Shown here piece after piece: positions 52,205-64,000 of a stretch of DNA of 64,000 nucleotides. A model generated the notes under the pieces. That model did no database searches and had not been told where the DNA came from. It saw only the letters and a list, made by a program, of their open reading frames with translations. Within the stretch, counting starts at the first letter, position 1. Each line of letters starts with the position of its first letter. Location: contig OX597819.1 of the NCBI GenBank assembly GCA_951406725.2, positions 53,754,001 to 53,818,000 on the forward strand. The letters are read 5' to 3'. A program made the position numbers and the translations under genes. This DNA is from Octopus vulgaris. Its lineage: Eukaryota.

Positions 52205-52604
52205 TTTTAAAAAATTGTATCTCGCTTCTATGGTAGAATTTAGGTGCATTTACTCTTGGATGTCTTTTCTGTCCACTCCTTGAGCCTCTTACACGTCGTT
52301 CCTAAGACTCCAATGACAATTGGTAAGACCTCCCTTTTTCTGCAACCCTGCAATCTGCTTATTTCTCTCTTTCTCTCTTCAGGTCCTGGTATGTATCTAC
52401 CTTGTTGATTTCTTTTCCTTTTATTCTTGTAACAAATGGACAGGCCGCGTCAGTTATGTAGCAAGTTCATTCTTTCTTCTCAAACATCAAGATATTTGGT
52501 CTGTTACGTTCAAGGACATGATACGTTTGGATAGGAAAGTCCCAATGAAGTTTAACCTCATGTTTCCCAGTCACTTTTTCAGGTGCATGTTCATACCACT
52601 CGTG
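52205..52604 (-). mobile_element. R4/Dong-like RLE domain remnant
   Basis: Minus strand encodes WYEHAPEKVTGKHEVKLHWDFPIQTYHVLERNRPNILMFEKKE*TCYITDAACP...KVDTYQDLKRE...VLPIVIGVLGT; its 3' side abuts (AAT)n. Confidence 0.85.
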
Positions 52605-53042
52605 TCATAAAGCGCATCCATAAATTCAATGGAATCAAATTCTTGACATTGAGGAATGCCAGGGATGATGAGATCTTTCTCTAAAATTTCACCCCCTTTC
52701 TTTCCCAACTGAGGTATTCATGTATTTATTCTCCATCAAGATGCCTATCCCTTTTCCTCTATACTTTTTAATCTCTCATCAACTGGCACAAAAACCACTC
52801 CGACTGAATACTACTCCTCTTCCCAGTTGAGGGATTTTGTTTGGCAAGTTAGTTGGTGACCCTGTTGGTGCTGGTGCCACATAAAAATCACCAGTGCTAG
52901 TGCTATGTAAAAAGCATCCAGTACACTCTGTGGCATTAGGAGGGGCATCCAGCTGTAGAAACCATGCTAAAACATACTATGGAACCTGGTGTGGATCCTG
53001 GCCTTGCCAGCTCCTGACAAACCGTCCAACCCATGATATATG

Positions 53043-53425
53043 CGCAGGCGTGGCTGTGTGGTAAGAGGCCTGCTTCTCAACCACATGGTTCCAGATTCAG
53101 TTCCACTGAGTGATATCTTGGGCAAGTGTCTTCTACTATAGCCTCGGCCTGACCAAAGTGGATTTGGTAGACGGAAACTGGGAGAACCCCCTCATGTGTG
53201 TGTGTGTGTGTGTGTGTGTGTTTGTGTTTGTGTCTGTGTTTTCTCCGGCCACCGCTTGGCAACCGGTGTTGGTGTGTTTACGTCTCCGTAACATTAGCAG
53301 TTCGGCAAAAGAGACCAGGCTTTTGAAATAAAAAAAAGAAGTCCTGGGGTCGATTCATTCGACTAAGACCCTACGAGGCGGTGCCCCAGCATGCCACAGT
53401 TAGATGACTGGAACAAGTAAACGGT
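53043..53425 (+). mobile_element. SINE family A
   Basis: Homology to family A. Confidence 0.88.
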
Positions 53426-54378
53426 AAACGATGTAGTTAGCATCTTAAACGCGTTACGGAATTGGGTCACTCTGCCTTCACCTGATCAATTGCGGACAAA
53501 GCACACGGACGTATGCACATGCTTCCCCGTCGATCTTTGTTTTTTCTTCGTTTCTTTCTTTCTTCCTTTCATACCCTTCCCTCTCCCCTTTTCTTTCTCC
53601 CTATTGTTGACGTATCGATTCCTTTAAAGTCTACATTTGCTTTTGTTTTTTTTTTCCACCATCGATTTTTTCACCTTCTGTTCTCATTTCTTCATCTTTC
53701 TCTCGTTATCGGAAGTGTATGTATGTATGTATGTATGTATGTATGTATGTATGTATATACGTATGTATGTATGTATGCATGTATGTATGTATGTATGTAT
53801 GTATGTATGTATGTATGCATGCATGCATGCTTGTATGTATGTATGTATGCATGCATGCATGCATGTATGTATGCAAGCATGCATGCATGCATGTATGTAT
53901 GTATGTATGCATGCATGCATGTATATATGCATGCATGCAAGTATGTATGTATGTATGTGTCTATGTATATGTGTGCGTGTGTATGTATGTATTGTTTGTA
54001 ATTTGTATCGAGTGCTATATAATTTTGATATTTTGTATGTTATCAAACTTAAGATAGATTTTCATTTGTACCTATCTTCACACGCACGCAAAACACAGAC
54101 AGACGCGCAAACACATACACACACATACGCACGCACACACACACATACACACACTCTCACACACACACTTGGGCGCGCATAGTCACACACTGGCCAATTC
54201 AGATAGCCGTCAACTCCAAGAACTGTCTTCACTTTAAAAAAAAATGCCTTGTCTGTTTATTAGTGAGCAGCTTCAATTCTGCAATGGAACAAACTATGAT
54301 ACATGCCACAGAAAAGAATGCATATATGCATGCATGCATACATACATACATACATACATACATACATACATACATACA

Positions 54379-54410
<32 letters not shown>

Positions 54411-54737
54411 ATGGATGCAACGCGACTTCGAGCAGCGCCATTGTTTCATTTTTCCCTTAAATACGAGCAGCACGGATGTGGTTTTTCCATACTGTCAGAG
54501 ACTTACACTCTTTTATACAGATGTGTCAATGATGAGCGCCTCTTGCAGTAGGTGTTACATCATTGTTTTGGTGACCCCCTTCCCCTCATATGACGTTTCA
54601 GTCCGCCTCCTGACGCACATTCTGTTCCACGTTACCTGCGAGTAGAAACGCTGTATAATGCATAGTTAACAACTACCCTATGAGTGTGGCTTCCCTGATT
54701 ACTTCTAAGGCCTGCCTCATTTCGACAGACACGATCG

Positions 54738-54768
<31 letters not shown>

Positions 54769-55005
54769 CATACATACATACATACATACATACATAAGCA
54801 TGCATATAAACATCTATTAATTGCATGACACACATTATCCATCAAAGTCCATCCCGGTGCGTAATGGAACTCCTAACGGAGATGGTCAGAAACAATGCAA
54901 GGCAGTCTAACATCTCATCTACTTTTATGTATTTCTATAAATAATAGCTGGTGTAAATGTTGGAAGGTTGGTTGGTTGGTTAAGTTTACAGTCACGCTTT
55001 ACCAT

Positions 55006-55070
<65 letters not shown>

Positions 55071-55073
<3 letters not shown>

Positions 55074-55197
55074 GTATGTAGAAAAATACAACATGGACAA
55101 GAACGTATAACTCTTAGAAGACGATACAATAAACACGGACAGGACATTCGAAACCCTCAGTCTTCAGTCAAGAACCGGATCATCGTAGTAATTTCGG

Positions 55198-55200
<3 letters not shown>
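55071..55200 (-). mobile_element. 130-bp (TA)n-embedded insert, identical to 10701-10830
   Basis: Exact reverse complement by eye; (TA)n on both sides. Confidence 0.85.
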
Positions 55201-55271
<71 letters not shown>

Positions 55272-55628
55272 AGGGAGGTACAGTGAGAGTTCACATAGAG
55301 GTGCAGGATGAGTGCACATGCTAGGCTTTGTGACAGGCAATGAGTAATAGAACGCTACTGACACACACATAGCGAGAGAGTCAAAGTGGGAGAGGGAGAG
55401 GGAGTAAATGTGTAGTTTTGAGAGGAGTAATACAAATAAGAAATTTGTTTTACTTAACGTATTTGATGGCATAAAAGACGTACAAGGCATATTAGAAGCA
55501 CACTAATTTTGAGCAGCAGGTATTCGGGTACCAAAGTTTTTAGCACATTAAAAGTTATGGTAGGTCCAACTTTCCAATGGAAGGAGCAAATTTTTTTGAA
55601 AGATTATGATTATGAGTAATATAGTAAA

Positions 55629-56314
55629 CAGTGGCGGCTCGTGTATAGGCACTGCAGAACTGCAGCACCCCCTATCTGCACTCGATATTATCAATAACAT
55701 TCAATATAATGAGTCCTTTTACGCTTTAATTCTTTCTTTATAGTAGTACATTATATAACCCTTAAGCTTAATGTCAGTAGCCATCCCCTAGTTTATGAAA
55801 AAAATACAAAAATCCTTGTACAGAACTGTGCGCTTCTCAGTTCCAGCGATGCGGTGTTTGGCTGTTGTGCGCATGTCCAAGATAGGAAGCTTCACGCTAG
55901 GGAGAGACAGCATTGTTGTTCATGCAGTGCCGGCGAAAGGTAGTGTTTCTTTTTGACTCCGCGTGTGTTGTGCTTAAAAACGTGTTTATATACTTGAATG
56001 TGATAAATTGCAGAATTAGATTATTATCCTGCTTCCAGCTTCATGTTGCTGCCAGGATTTGAAAAATAGGGCTCATTCCACGCCCCCTTATTTTGTGATT
56101 TAGGGGTGATTTTTGAAAAACAAGGGGGAATTCGCGGCGATGCTCAGTGAACAAATTAAACACATTACCCGGCAGGAGCTAAAACGCGAACCAGTCAAGT
56201 TTATGTATAAAGATTCTTTTTATAAGTTTGTTTCCTTTTACACACTATTAAAACAACGGCTAAACATTTTCTGACGCAGCACCCCCCACTAGTTTTATCT
56301 ACGAGCTGCCACTG
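55629..56314. mobile_element. hAT-type MITE
   Basis: TIR cagtggcggctcgt / acgagctgccactg; perfect 8-bp TSD atagtaaa (55621-55628, 56315-56322); gcagcacccc subterminal motif at both ends. Confidence 0.92.
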
Positions 56315-56495
56315 ATAGTAAAAGTGCTTTACATGTGTCATCAAGTACGGTAACTATATTTTAAAGTAGTAAATATTTTTCCTTTGCAACCAGTATTCTT
56401 TCGTAATTTTGTATAAGCTCCAAGATATATGATGACAGTTAAATTATAATTGTTGTATGTATGTATGTATGTATGTATGTATGTATGTATGTATG

Positions 56496-57135
56496 TAGTA
56501 TAGTATAGTATAGTTTAGTATAGTATAGTATAGTACAGTATAGTATAGTATAGTTTAGTATAGTATAGTATAGTACAGTATAGTATAGTATAGTTTAGTA
56601 TAGTATAGTACAGTATAGTATAGTATAGTTTAGTATAGTATAGTATAGTACAGTATAGTACAGTATAGTATAGTATAGTATAGTATAGTACAGTATAGTA
56701 TAGTATAGTTTAGTATAGTATAGTATAGTACAGTATAGTATAGTATAGTTTAGTATAGTATAGTATAGTACAGTATAGTATAGTATAGTTTAGTATAGTA
56801 TAGTATAGTACAGTATAGTATAGTATAGTTTAGTATAGTATAGTATAGTACAGTATAGTATAGTTTAGTATAGTATAGTATAGTACAGTATAGTATAGTA
56901 TAGTTTAGTATAGTATAGTATAGTACAGTATAGTATAGTATAGTTTAGTATAGTATAGTATAGTACAGTATAGTATAGTTTAGTATAGTATAGTATAGTA
57001 CAGTATAGTATAGTATAGTTTAGTATAGTATAGTATAGTACAGTATAGTATAGTATAGTTTAGTATAGTATAGTATAGTACAGTATAGTATAGTATAGTA
57101 CAGTATAGTATAGTATAGTACAGTATAGTATAGTA
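56496..57135. repeat. (TAGTA)n pentamer satellite with 35/40-bp higher-order period
   Basis: CAGTA and TAGTT variant monomers alternate regularly. Confidence 0.96.
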
Positions 57136-57555
57136 TATTTTCTTACGTTACCCATAGTGACAAAAGTATACTTCCAAGGTTACCTGCCGTATAATAATTT
57201 CTTTGGGATTCACATTAGGCTTGCAAGATTATGTGTACTGCCAAGGGACGACACGTCGCAAAGTTTGCAACGGGATTCGAAACTGCGATCGAACAATCTG
57301 TTAGGCTTGCGCAACATCGCACTTCTCTAACGCTGCTATCATTACTTAAGCATGAAGCTACACGTTTATGCGAGATTAGTACATGAGATTTTAGTGAGAT
57401 CCAATGCCTATTCCAATCTGGGAGTTTAATTGGTAAAGCACAAATATGCAATCTGACCATATTGATGATGATGATGATGATGACGATGATGATGATGATG
57501 ATGATGATGATAAGGAGGAGGAGTATACTCTGTACCTGACAGTCTATCCATATAT

Positions 57556-57787
57556 ATTTCTTTACTGCCCACAAGGGGCTAAACATAGAGGGGACAAACA
57601 AGGACAGAGAAAGCGATTAAGTCGATTAAATCGATCCCAGTGCGAAACTGGTACTTTATTTATCGACCTCGAAAGGATGAAAGGCAAAGTCGACCTCGGC
57701 GGAATTTGAACTCAGAACGTAACGGCAGACGAAATACGACTACGCATTTCGCCCGGCGTGCTAACGTTTCTGCCAGCTCGTCGCCTT
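57556..57787 (-). mobile_element. SINE B long-tail subfamily monomer with 16-bp TSD
   Basis: cagtctatccatatat at 57540-57555 and 57788-57803. Confidence 0.93.
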
Positions 57788-58776
57788 CAGTCTATCCATA
57801 TATTGTATCGTGTTCTATAGTAGATCGAAAAATCCTCGCATTTTGTGGCTGGGTAATTTCCTATCGATGGAATCAAACATCTTGACCTTTATCTTATTAT
57901 GAACACACATTTACGAAAACAAAAGAAAAAAAACTTAAATGAACAAAATAGATAAACAAAAATGCGAAGAAAGCGAAAACAACCCGCGGAACAACTTTTG
58001 AGTAAATGAACAATAGCTATACAACAATCAAATGTTGTACGTGTGAAGGGAGCTATGAAACTGGTACGCTGCCTAGTACGGTACCTCGCCAAACTCTCTA
58101 TTTTACGAATCAACGAAGGAGCTTTTACACCAGTCGTGGGCTAACTGCGGTCCGCGGGAGTTTCTGAATGGTACACTTAACGAAAAATAGCTTTGAATTT
58201 GTTTTTAGTAGTGCGGCCAGCCTGCTGATGAGCTATGTCTCGTAAAATATTGCCCATGCATCTTTTGTTCTGTTATTCAATATGCTAGAAATACAGACCA
58301 AATCTCTTTCAGATCATACCCTATCTTCTAAAGTAAGGGTACATTGGATGAAGTTGTCTGATATCTTTTATCCCTTATCTTTATTAGAATGCGGCCCTGT
58401 TGGGACACTGCATTGAAGAATTTGTTTTAGTCGAATGAATCGACTCCTGTACTTACTTTTTTCAAAACTAATACTTATTCTACCGGACTGTTTTGCGGGA
58501 CCGCTAAGTTACGGGGACGTAAACACACCAACAGCGGTTATCAAGTGGTGGTGACACTAAGTGGTGGTGACACTAAGATACACACATACACACATATATA
58601 TATATATATATATTTGCGAAGGACCGTTTTTCATGTTTATTGCGAAAGTCACAATTATCTTTAAAGAAATTACTAATAAATTTGCAAACCTTTAGACTGA
58701 CATTTTGTTGTAATTTTAGCAAATAAAATTCATGCTTTCTCTTCATTCACTCCATGGCGGTATTATGATCAATGTT

Positions 58777-59210
58777 AAGGCGGCGAGCTGACAGAAACGT
58801 TAGCACGCCAGACGAAATGCTTGGCAGTATTTCATCTGTCTTCACATTCTGAGTTCAAATGTCACCGGGGTCGACTTTGCCTTTCATGCTTTCGGGGTCG
58901 ATAAATTAAGTACCAGTGAAACACTGGGGTCGGTGTAGTCGACTATACTCCTTCGCAAAATTTCAGGTGCTTGTGCATTTAGTACAAAGGATATTATGGT
59001 CAATGTCAAAGTGGTGAGCAGCAGAATCGTTAGCACGTCGGGCAAAATGCTTAGCGACATATCGTCTGTCTTTACATTCACACGTTCACATTTTGCCGAA
59101 GTCGACTTCGCCTTTCATGCTTGCGAGGTTGATGAAATAACTACCAGTTGAGCACTGCGGTCGGTGTAATCGACTTACTCCCTCCCCCGAACTTGCTGGC
59201 CTTAAACCAA
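58777..59210 (+). mobile_element. Two tandem SINE B copies
   Basis: Each is preceded by tattatg.tcaatgt.aa. Confidence 0.85.
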
Positions 59211-59419
59211 TATTATGGAAAGTCTCGTATTCTCTTTTTTTTCTTTTTTTTTTTTTTTGAAACGTATCTACGACTGTCACAACGATTTATTTTGGGAGAA
59301 ATTGATAATAAGACAATAGAAATGTTTTTAAATAGATTTTAAAGATAAAGGTATTTAATGAAGGGAAATGGAAGAAAGTTGTTTATAATGAAATTTTGGG
59401 ATGCACTACAAGCTCCAAG

Positions 59420-59495
59420 CCTAAACCTAACCCTAAGCCCTAAACTAAACTCTAAACCTTAACTCTAAACCTTAACTCTAACCCTAACCCTAAAC
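59420..59495. repeat. Degenerate (CCCTAA)-like interstitial repeat
   Basis: cctaaacctaaccctaagccctaaactaaactctaa...; similar run on the other strand inside the MITE at 6626-6660. Confidence 0.75.
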
Positions 59496-59624
59496 GTAAT
59501 ATGGTTGCAATTGGTTGATATGAGAACATTTACAAATATACGGAGAACATAGTCTGAAGGATAGGATGTTGAAAACTGATAAATTTCATTGGTTAAAATT
59601 ATCAAAAGTTTCAACCCTTAAAAG

Positions 59625-60015
59625 CTCTTTTACATGTTCAGTCATTTGACTGCGGCCATGCTGAAGCACCGCCTTTAGTCGAGCAAATCGACCCCAGGAC
59701 TTATTCATTGTAAGCCTAGTACTTATTCTATCGATTTCTTTTGCCGAACCACTAAGTTACGGGGACGTAAATACGCCAGCATCGGTTGTCAAGTGATGTG
59801 TGGGGGGGGGCAAACCTAGACACACAAAAACACACATATATACATATACATATATACGACGGGCTTCCTTCAGTTTCCGTCTGCCATATCCACTCACAAG
59901 GCTTTGGTCGGCCCGATGCTATAGTAGAAGACACTTGCCCAAGGTGCCACGCAGTAGGACTGAACCCGGAACCATGTGGTTGGCAAGCAAGCTACATACC
60001 ACACAGCCACTCTTG
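59625..60015 (-). mobile_element. SINE family A, full length
   Basis: Homology to family A. Confidence 0.9.
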
Positions 60016-61484
60016 CTCGTAATTTTTTTATTATTATTTTCTCCAATAATACTATAGGCACAAGATGTGAAGTTGTGTAGGGAACAACTTGTCGATTACT
60101 GGTACTTATTTCATGGACCTCCTCAAAGATGAAAGGCAAAGTTAGCCTCGGTAGCTCATTGTAAAACTGGAAGAAATGCTACTAAATGTTTTGTCCGGCA
60201 CGGTAACGATTTCACCAGCTCGCTGCCCTATAATTCTTTCTACAGTAGGTACAGAACCTGAAATTTTGTGGGAAGTGGGTAATTATGTGTGGACGAATAG
60301 AGAGCACAATGGGGTTGGGAGTAGCTAACTTGTTGCTTGTGTTGTCTTCATGGTCTAGATACTTAATTCTCGATAGTTCCAGAATATACTCGTTGGCAGT
60401 AGGAGCACTGTGAAGCTGACGAGTGCTTTGACGGCTTGCCGTATTGTGTGTTCGATATCTCTGTTGTGAACATAAGTTAGAAGGAGAGGAAGTGTTCAAT
60501 GAAGTCATTCTCACTCAATGAGTTGTGATAGCGTGTTTTGTGTGAGAGTCAACGTGTGTGTGTGTGTGTGTGTGATATCAGAAAGATCAGTTTTCTAAAA
60601 CAGTGGAGTGTTTCGTTCGTTTGCTGTACTTGACTGTTCCTTCGTGTAAAGAAGGACTTGGTTTGCGTACCTGTGACCTGATGCATGATAAAACTCGCCG
60701 TAACCGAGTCATTAAGAATGTGATACGTGTAACAACAAAACCCACATAGGCATAACCGTCTCATGGGGTAATATATTCGGGTCATACCGGGCATTTTCGG
60801 GAACTCAAGTACATTTCCTTTTCACGCATAGTAATTTATTTTTGAAAAAGTACTATTCAAAATTTGTGTGACTTTGGTCTTGTTGATTTTAATTTTTATT
60901 TATTTATTTATCTATTTATTTATTTATTTATTTATTTATTTATGTGTGTTGCGATATTTCTCTATATTCCACGAATTGATGACAACTATTGTACGAGTAA
61001 TTCCCGAACTCAAGTTAATTCACCTGCAGTAAATGTTTCGTTGTCGTTGACAACCATAGGGTGAGTTAAGAATGTCTTAACACAACCCCGATTACTTTAA
61101 CGTCGCCTAGATACGAACATATGTACCAGCGTTCAACTCCTTTACAAACTTGCAGATGGATATATTATTAAAAGCCAAGATAAGACCAAGTTGTGTTTGA
61201 CGTTGCATTAACCTGAAATCAAAGGAATTATGTACTTAAACAATGTATCAACGTGTATTCAGGTCTGAAGTTGCCAGAGCCTGTGTCAGATACTCATACG
61301 AACTGATTACAGCCTTTAATGAAGCTTATATTTTTATAGGCGATAGGTGTGAAGGAAGTGACAGTAAAGATCGCTGGCGCCGGTTTCCGATAACGAACAG
61401 TTCGTATTCCCATAACGAACAGTTCGTATTCCCATAACGATTCATCTTAATGTTATCCCTTCCAAACCTTCCATATATTTGTTC

Positions 61485-61724
61485 TCTTTTACTCTCTTTT
61501 ACTTGTTTCAGTCATTTGACTGTAGTCATGCTGGAGCACCGTCTTTAGTCGAGCAAATCGACCCCGGGACTTATTCTTTGTAAGCCTAGTACTTATTCTA
61601 TCGGTCTCTTTTGCCGACCCCCTAAGTTACAGGGGACGTAAATACGCCAGCATCGGTTGTCAAGCGATGTTGGGGGACAAACACAGACACACACATACAC
61701 ACACACACACAAACACACACACAG

Positions 61725-61803
<79 letters not shown>

Positions 61804-62002
61804 TACATATATATATATATATACATATATACATATATACGACGGGCTTCTTTCAGTTTCCGTCTGCCAAATCCACTCACAAGGCTTTGGTCGGCCCGAG
61901 GCTATAGTAGAAAACACTTGCCCAAGGTGCCACGCAGTGGGAATGAACCCTGAACCATGTGATTGGTAAGCAAGCTACTTACCACACAGCCACTCATGCG
62001 CC
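61485..62002 (-). mobile_element. SINE family A, full length
   Basis: Homology to family A; long internal (CA)(TA) tract. Confidence 0.92.
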
Positions 62003-62239
62003 TTGTATTTTAAAAATTAAAAAAAAAAACTTTTTCGATCATTGGCCTACGGTCATGCTGGGGCACCGTCATGAAGCTTTTATATTCGAATAAATCGCTA
62101 CTAGTACTAATTTGTTGTTGAAGTCTTGTACTTATACTACTAAGCTACTGGCATGTAAACAAATATAACTGGTTATCAAGAGGTGGTGGTGGTGGTGGTG
62201 GAACAAACACAGACACAAAAACATTCACACACTCACACT

Positions 62240-62274
<35 letters not shown>

Positions 62275-62291
62275 TGGTAAGAAGGTTGCTA

Positions 62292-62778
62292 TAGGCGCAG
62301 GCGTGGTTGTGTGGTAAAAAGCTTGCTTCACAACTACATGGCTCCGGGTTCAGTCCCGCTGCGCGACACCTTGGGCAAGTGTCTTCTACTATAGCCTCAA
62401 AGCCCTGTGAGTGGATCTGGTACACGAAAACTGAAAGAAGCCTGTCGTATACATACATACATGTATGTATGTATGTATGTATGTATGTATGTATGTATGT
62501 ATGTATGTATGTATGTATGTATGTATGTATGTATGTATGTATGTATGTATGTATGTATGTACGTATGTATATACATGTTTATGATTGTGTGTTTGTGTCT
62601 GTGCTTCCAACCATCGCTTGACAACCGATATTGATATGCTTATGTCCCCGTAACTTAGCGGTTTGGCAGAATGAACCGATAGAATAAGCACCAGGCTTAC
62701 AAAGAATAAGTCGATGTCTTCGACTAAAAGGCGGTGCTTCAATATGGCCACAGTCAAATGACTGAAGCAAGTAGAAGA
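62292..62778 (+). mobile_element. SINE family A, full length
   Basis: Homology to family A; internal (TATG)n. Confidence 0.9.
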
Positions 62779-62889
62779 ATATATAAATATATGTCTATGG
62801 CCAGCTGGAGGAGTGCGTCCTCCTGGGGCTAAAAACTACAGTAGCATCCACCCTAGGGGTTAGCCATATTGAAATGGCAAAAATACGTC

Positions 62890-62951
<62 letters not shown>

Positions 62952-63748
62952 TATATATGTGCGTGTGCATATATATACACATACACCCAATGAGTTTCCA
63001 TACAGTTTCCGATGCTATAGTAGACACTCGCCCCAAAATGCCGAGCAGTGGTATTGAACCTGATACCATAAGGTTACAAAGCGGGCTTCTTAACCACGCA
63101 AGCATGCCGGAATCTTGTTTAGACACATTAAATAATTTCTCCCATTATTCCGCAAAAGTAAATAAAAAACGAGACAGACAGAAATATTGTCGGTTGTTAC
63201 GTATTAAACATAATTAATGTTTCGCTTTGTTAAATAATTAATTGTGTTTTACATACAGAATATAGTATTAACCTGTTCTACTAACTAGCGTGTTACTCTG
63301 CGGTGCTTAAATGACAAACAGCTGCCGGCTTGTTTATAAACAAGACATACACCTCTGCCCGCACCCCATACACATACATACATACATACATACATACATA
63401 CATACATACATACATACATACATACATACATACATACATACATACATACATACATGTGTGTGCGTAGAGGACGGTCTGTTCTCTTTTGTGTCTTAAATTA
63501 GAATTCATAAATGTTTAATATGATCTATATTTGTAATCCACGCACAAGCACAAATATGCCTTCAAAAACGGGTGGGCAATGCACACCCACCCCGCCCACC
63601 GAAATAGATGTATATGTATTTTACTTTTGAATGTAAATGAATCTAGATGTTACCCTGGTGCTTCGAATAGCGACTGATATGTTTTCCACTTCAAAAATTA
63701 TGTGTCTTTGTGTGCGTGTGTGTGTGTGTGTATTATACATACACCGAA

Positions 63749-63801
<53 letters not shown>

Positions 63802-63804
<3 letters not shown>

Positions 63805-63997
63805 AGAATTCGCAAAAAAAAAAAAAAACAAGACGAAGACAGGTGGTGTAGGCAACAAACAGATGTATTAGTATAACGCTCGGGGGAAGTGAAAAAGTCT
63901 TTAACGTTTCGAGCCTACGCTCTTCCACAGAAAGAAACAAGGAGAGAAAATAAAGAATGTGTAGTGGCTAGCGATCAGTCATGGCGAAAGCCGGACA
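63802..63997 (-). mobile_element. PLE-like terminal repeat next to (TA)n with variant hammerhead (63899-63934)
   Basis: Nearly identical to 16548-16728; minus strand cttt CTGTGGA a gagc gtag gctc GAAAC GTT aaag. Confidence 0.78.
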
Positions 63998-64000
63998 TAT

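Noticed and set aside
58220-58255. CTGATGAG...CTC GTAAA as a hammerhead
   Set aside because: GAAA core is broken and there is no stem III or cleavage triplet.

Overview
Eukaryotic, AT-rich, repeat-saturated non-coding DNA. The SINE repertoire and microsatellite load look like a coleoid cephalopod (Octopus-like); this is an inference from recognition, not a database result. I can support no intact protein-coding gene, and almost all ORF-track hits are translated microsatellites. The window holds: (1) dozens of tRNA-derived SINEs of at least three kinds, some with clear target-site duplications (TSDs) and swapped head/tail modules; (2) at least six distinct 5'-truncated R4/Dong-like non-LTR retrotransposon 3' ends (restriction-like endonuclease, RLE), plus a ~510-bp non-coding family, all abutting (AAT)n and antiparallel to an (ATT)n-tailed SINE; (3) Penelope-like element (PLE) remnants, including a decayed Naiad-like RT/GIY-YIG copy and about ten type I hammerhead ribozyme motifs, mostly in short inserts beside (TA)n, some with non-canonical cores; (4) DNA transposons: a SINE-split mariner, a hAT MITE, a Merlin-like MITE with a nested Helitron, a PIF1-carrying Helitron and a Helentron-like element; (5) an isolated 156-bp 28S rRNA fragment, a pre-miRNA-like hairpin and several higher-order satellites. 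Boundaries of degenerate elements are approximate, and all alignments and folds were done by eye.
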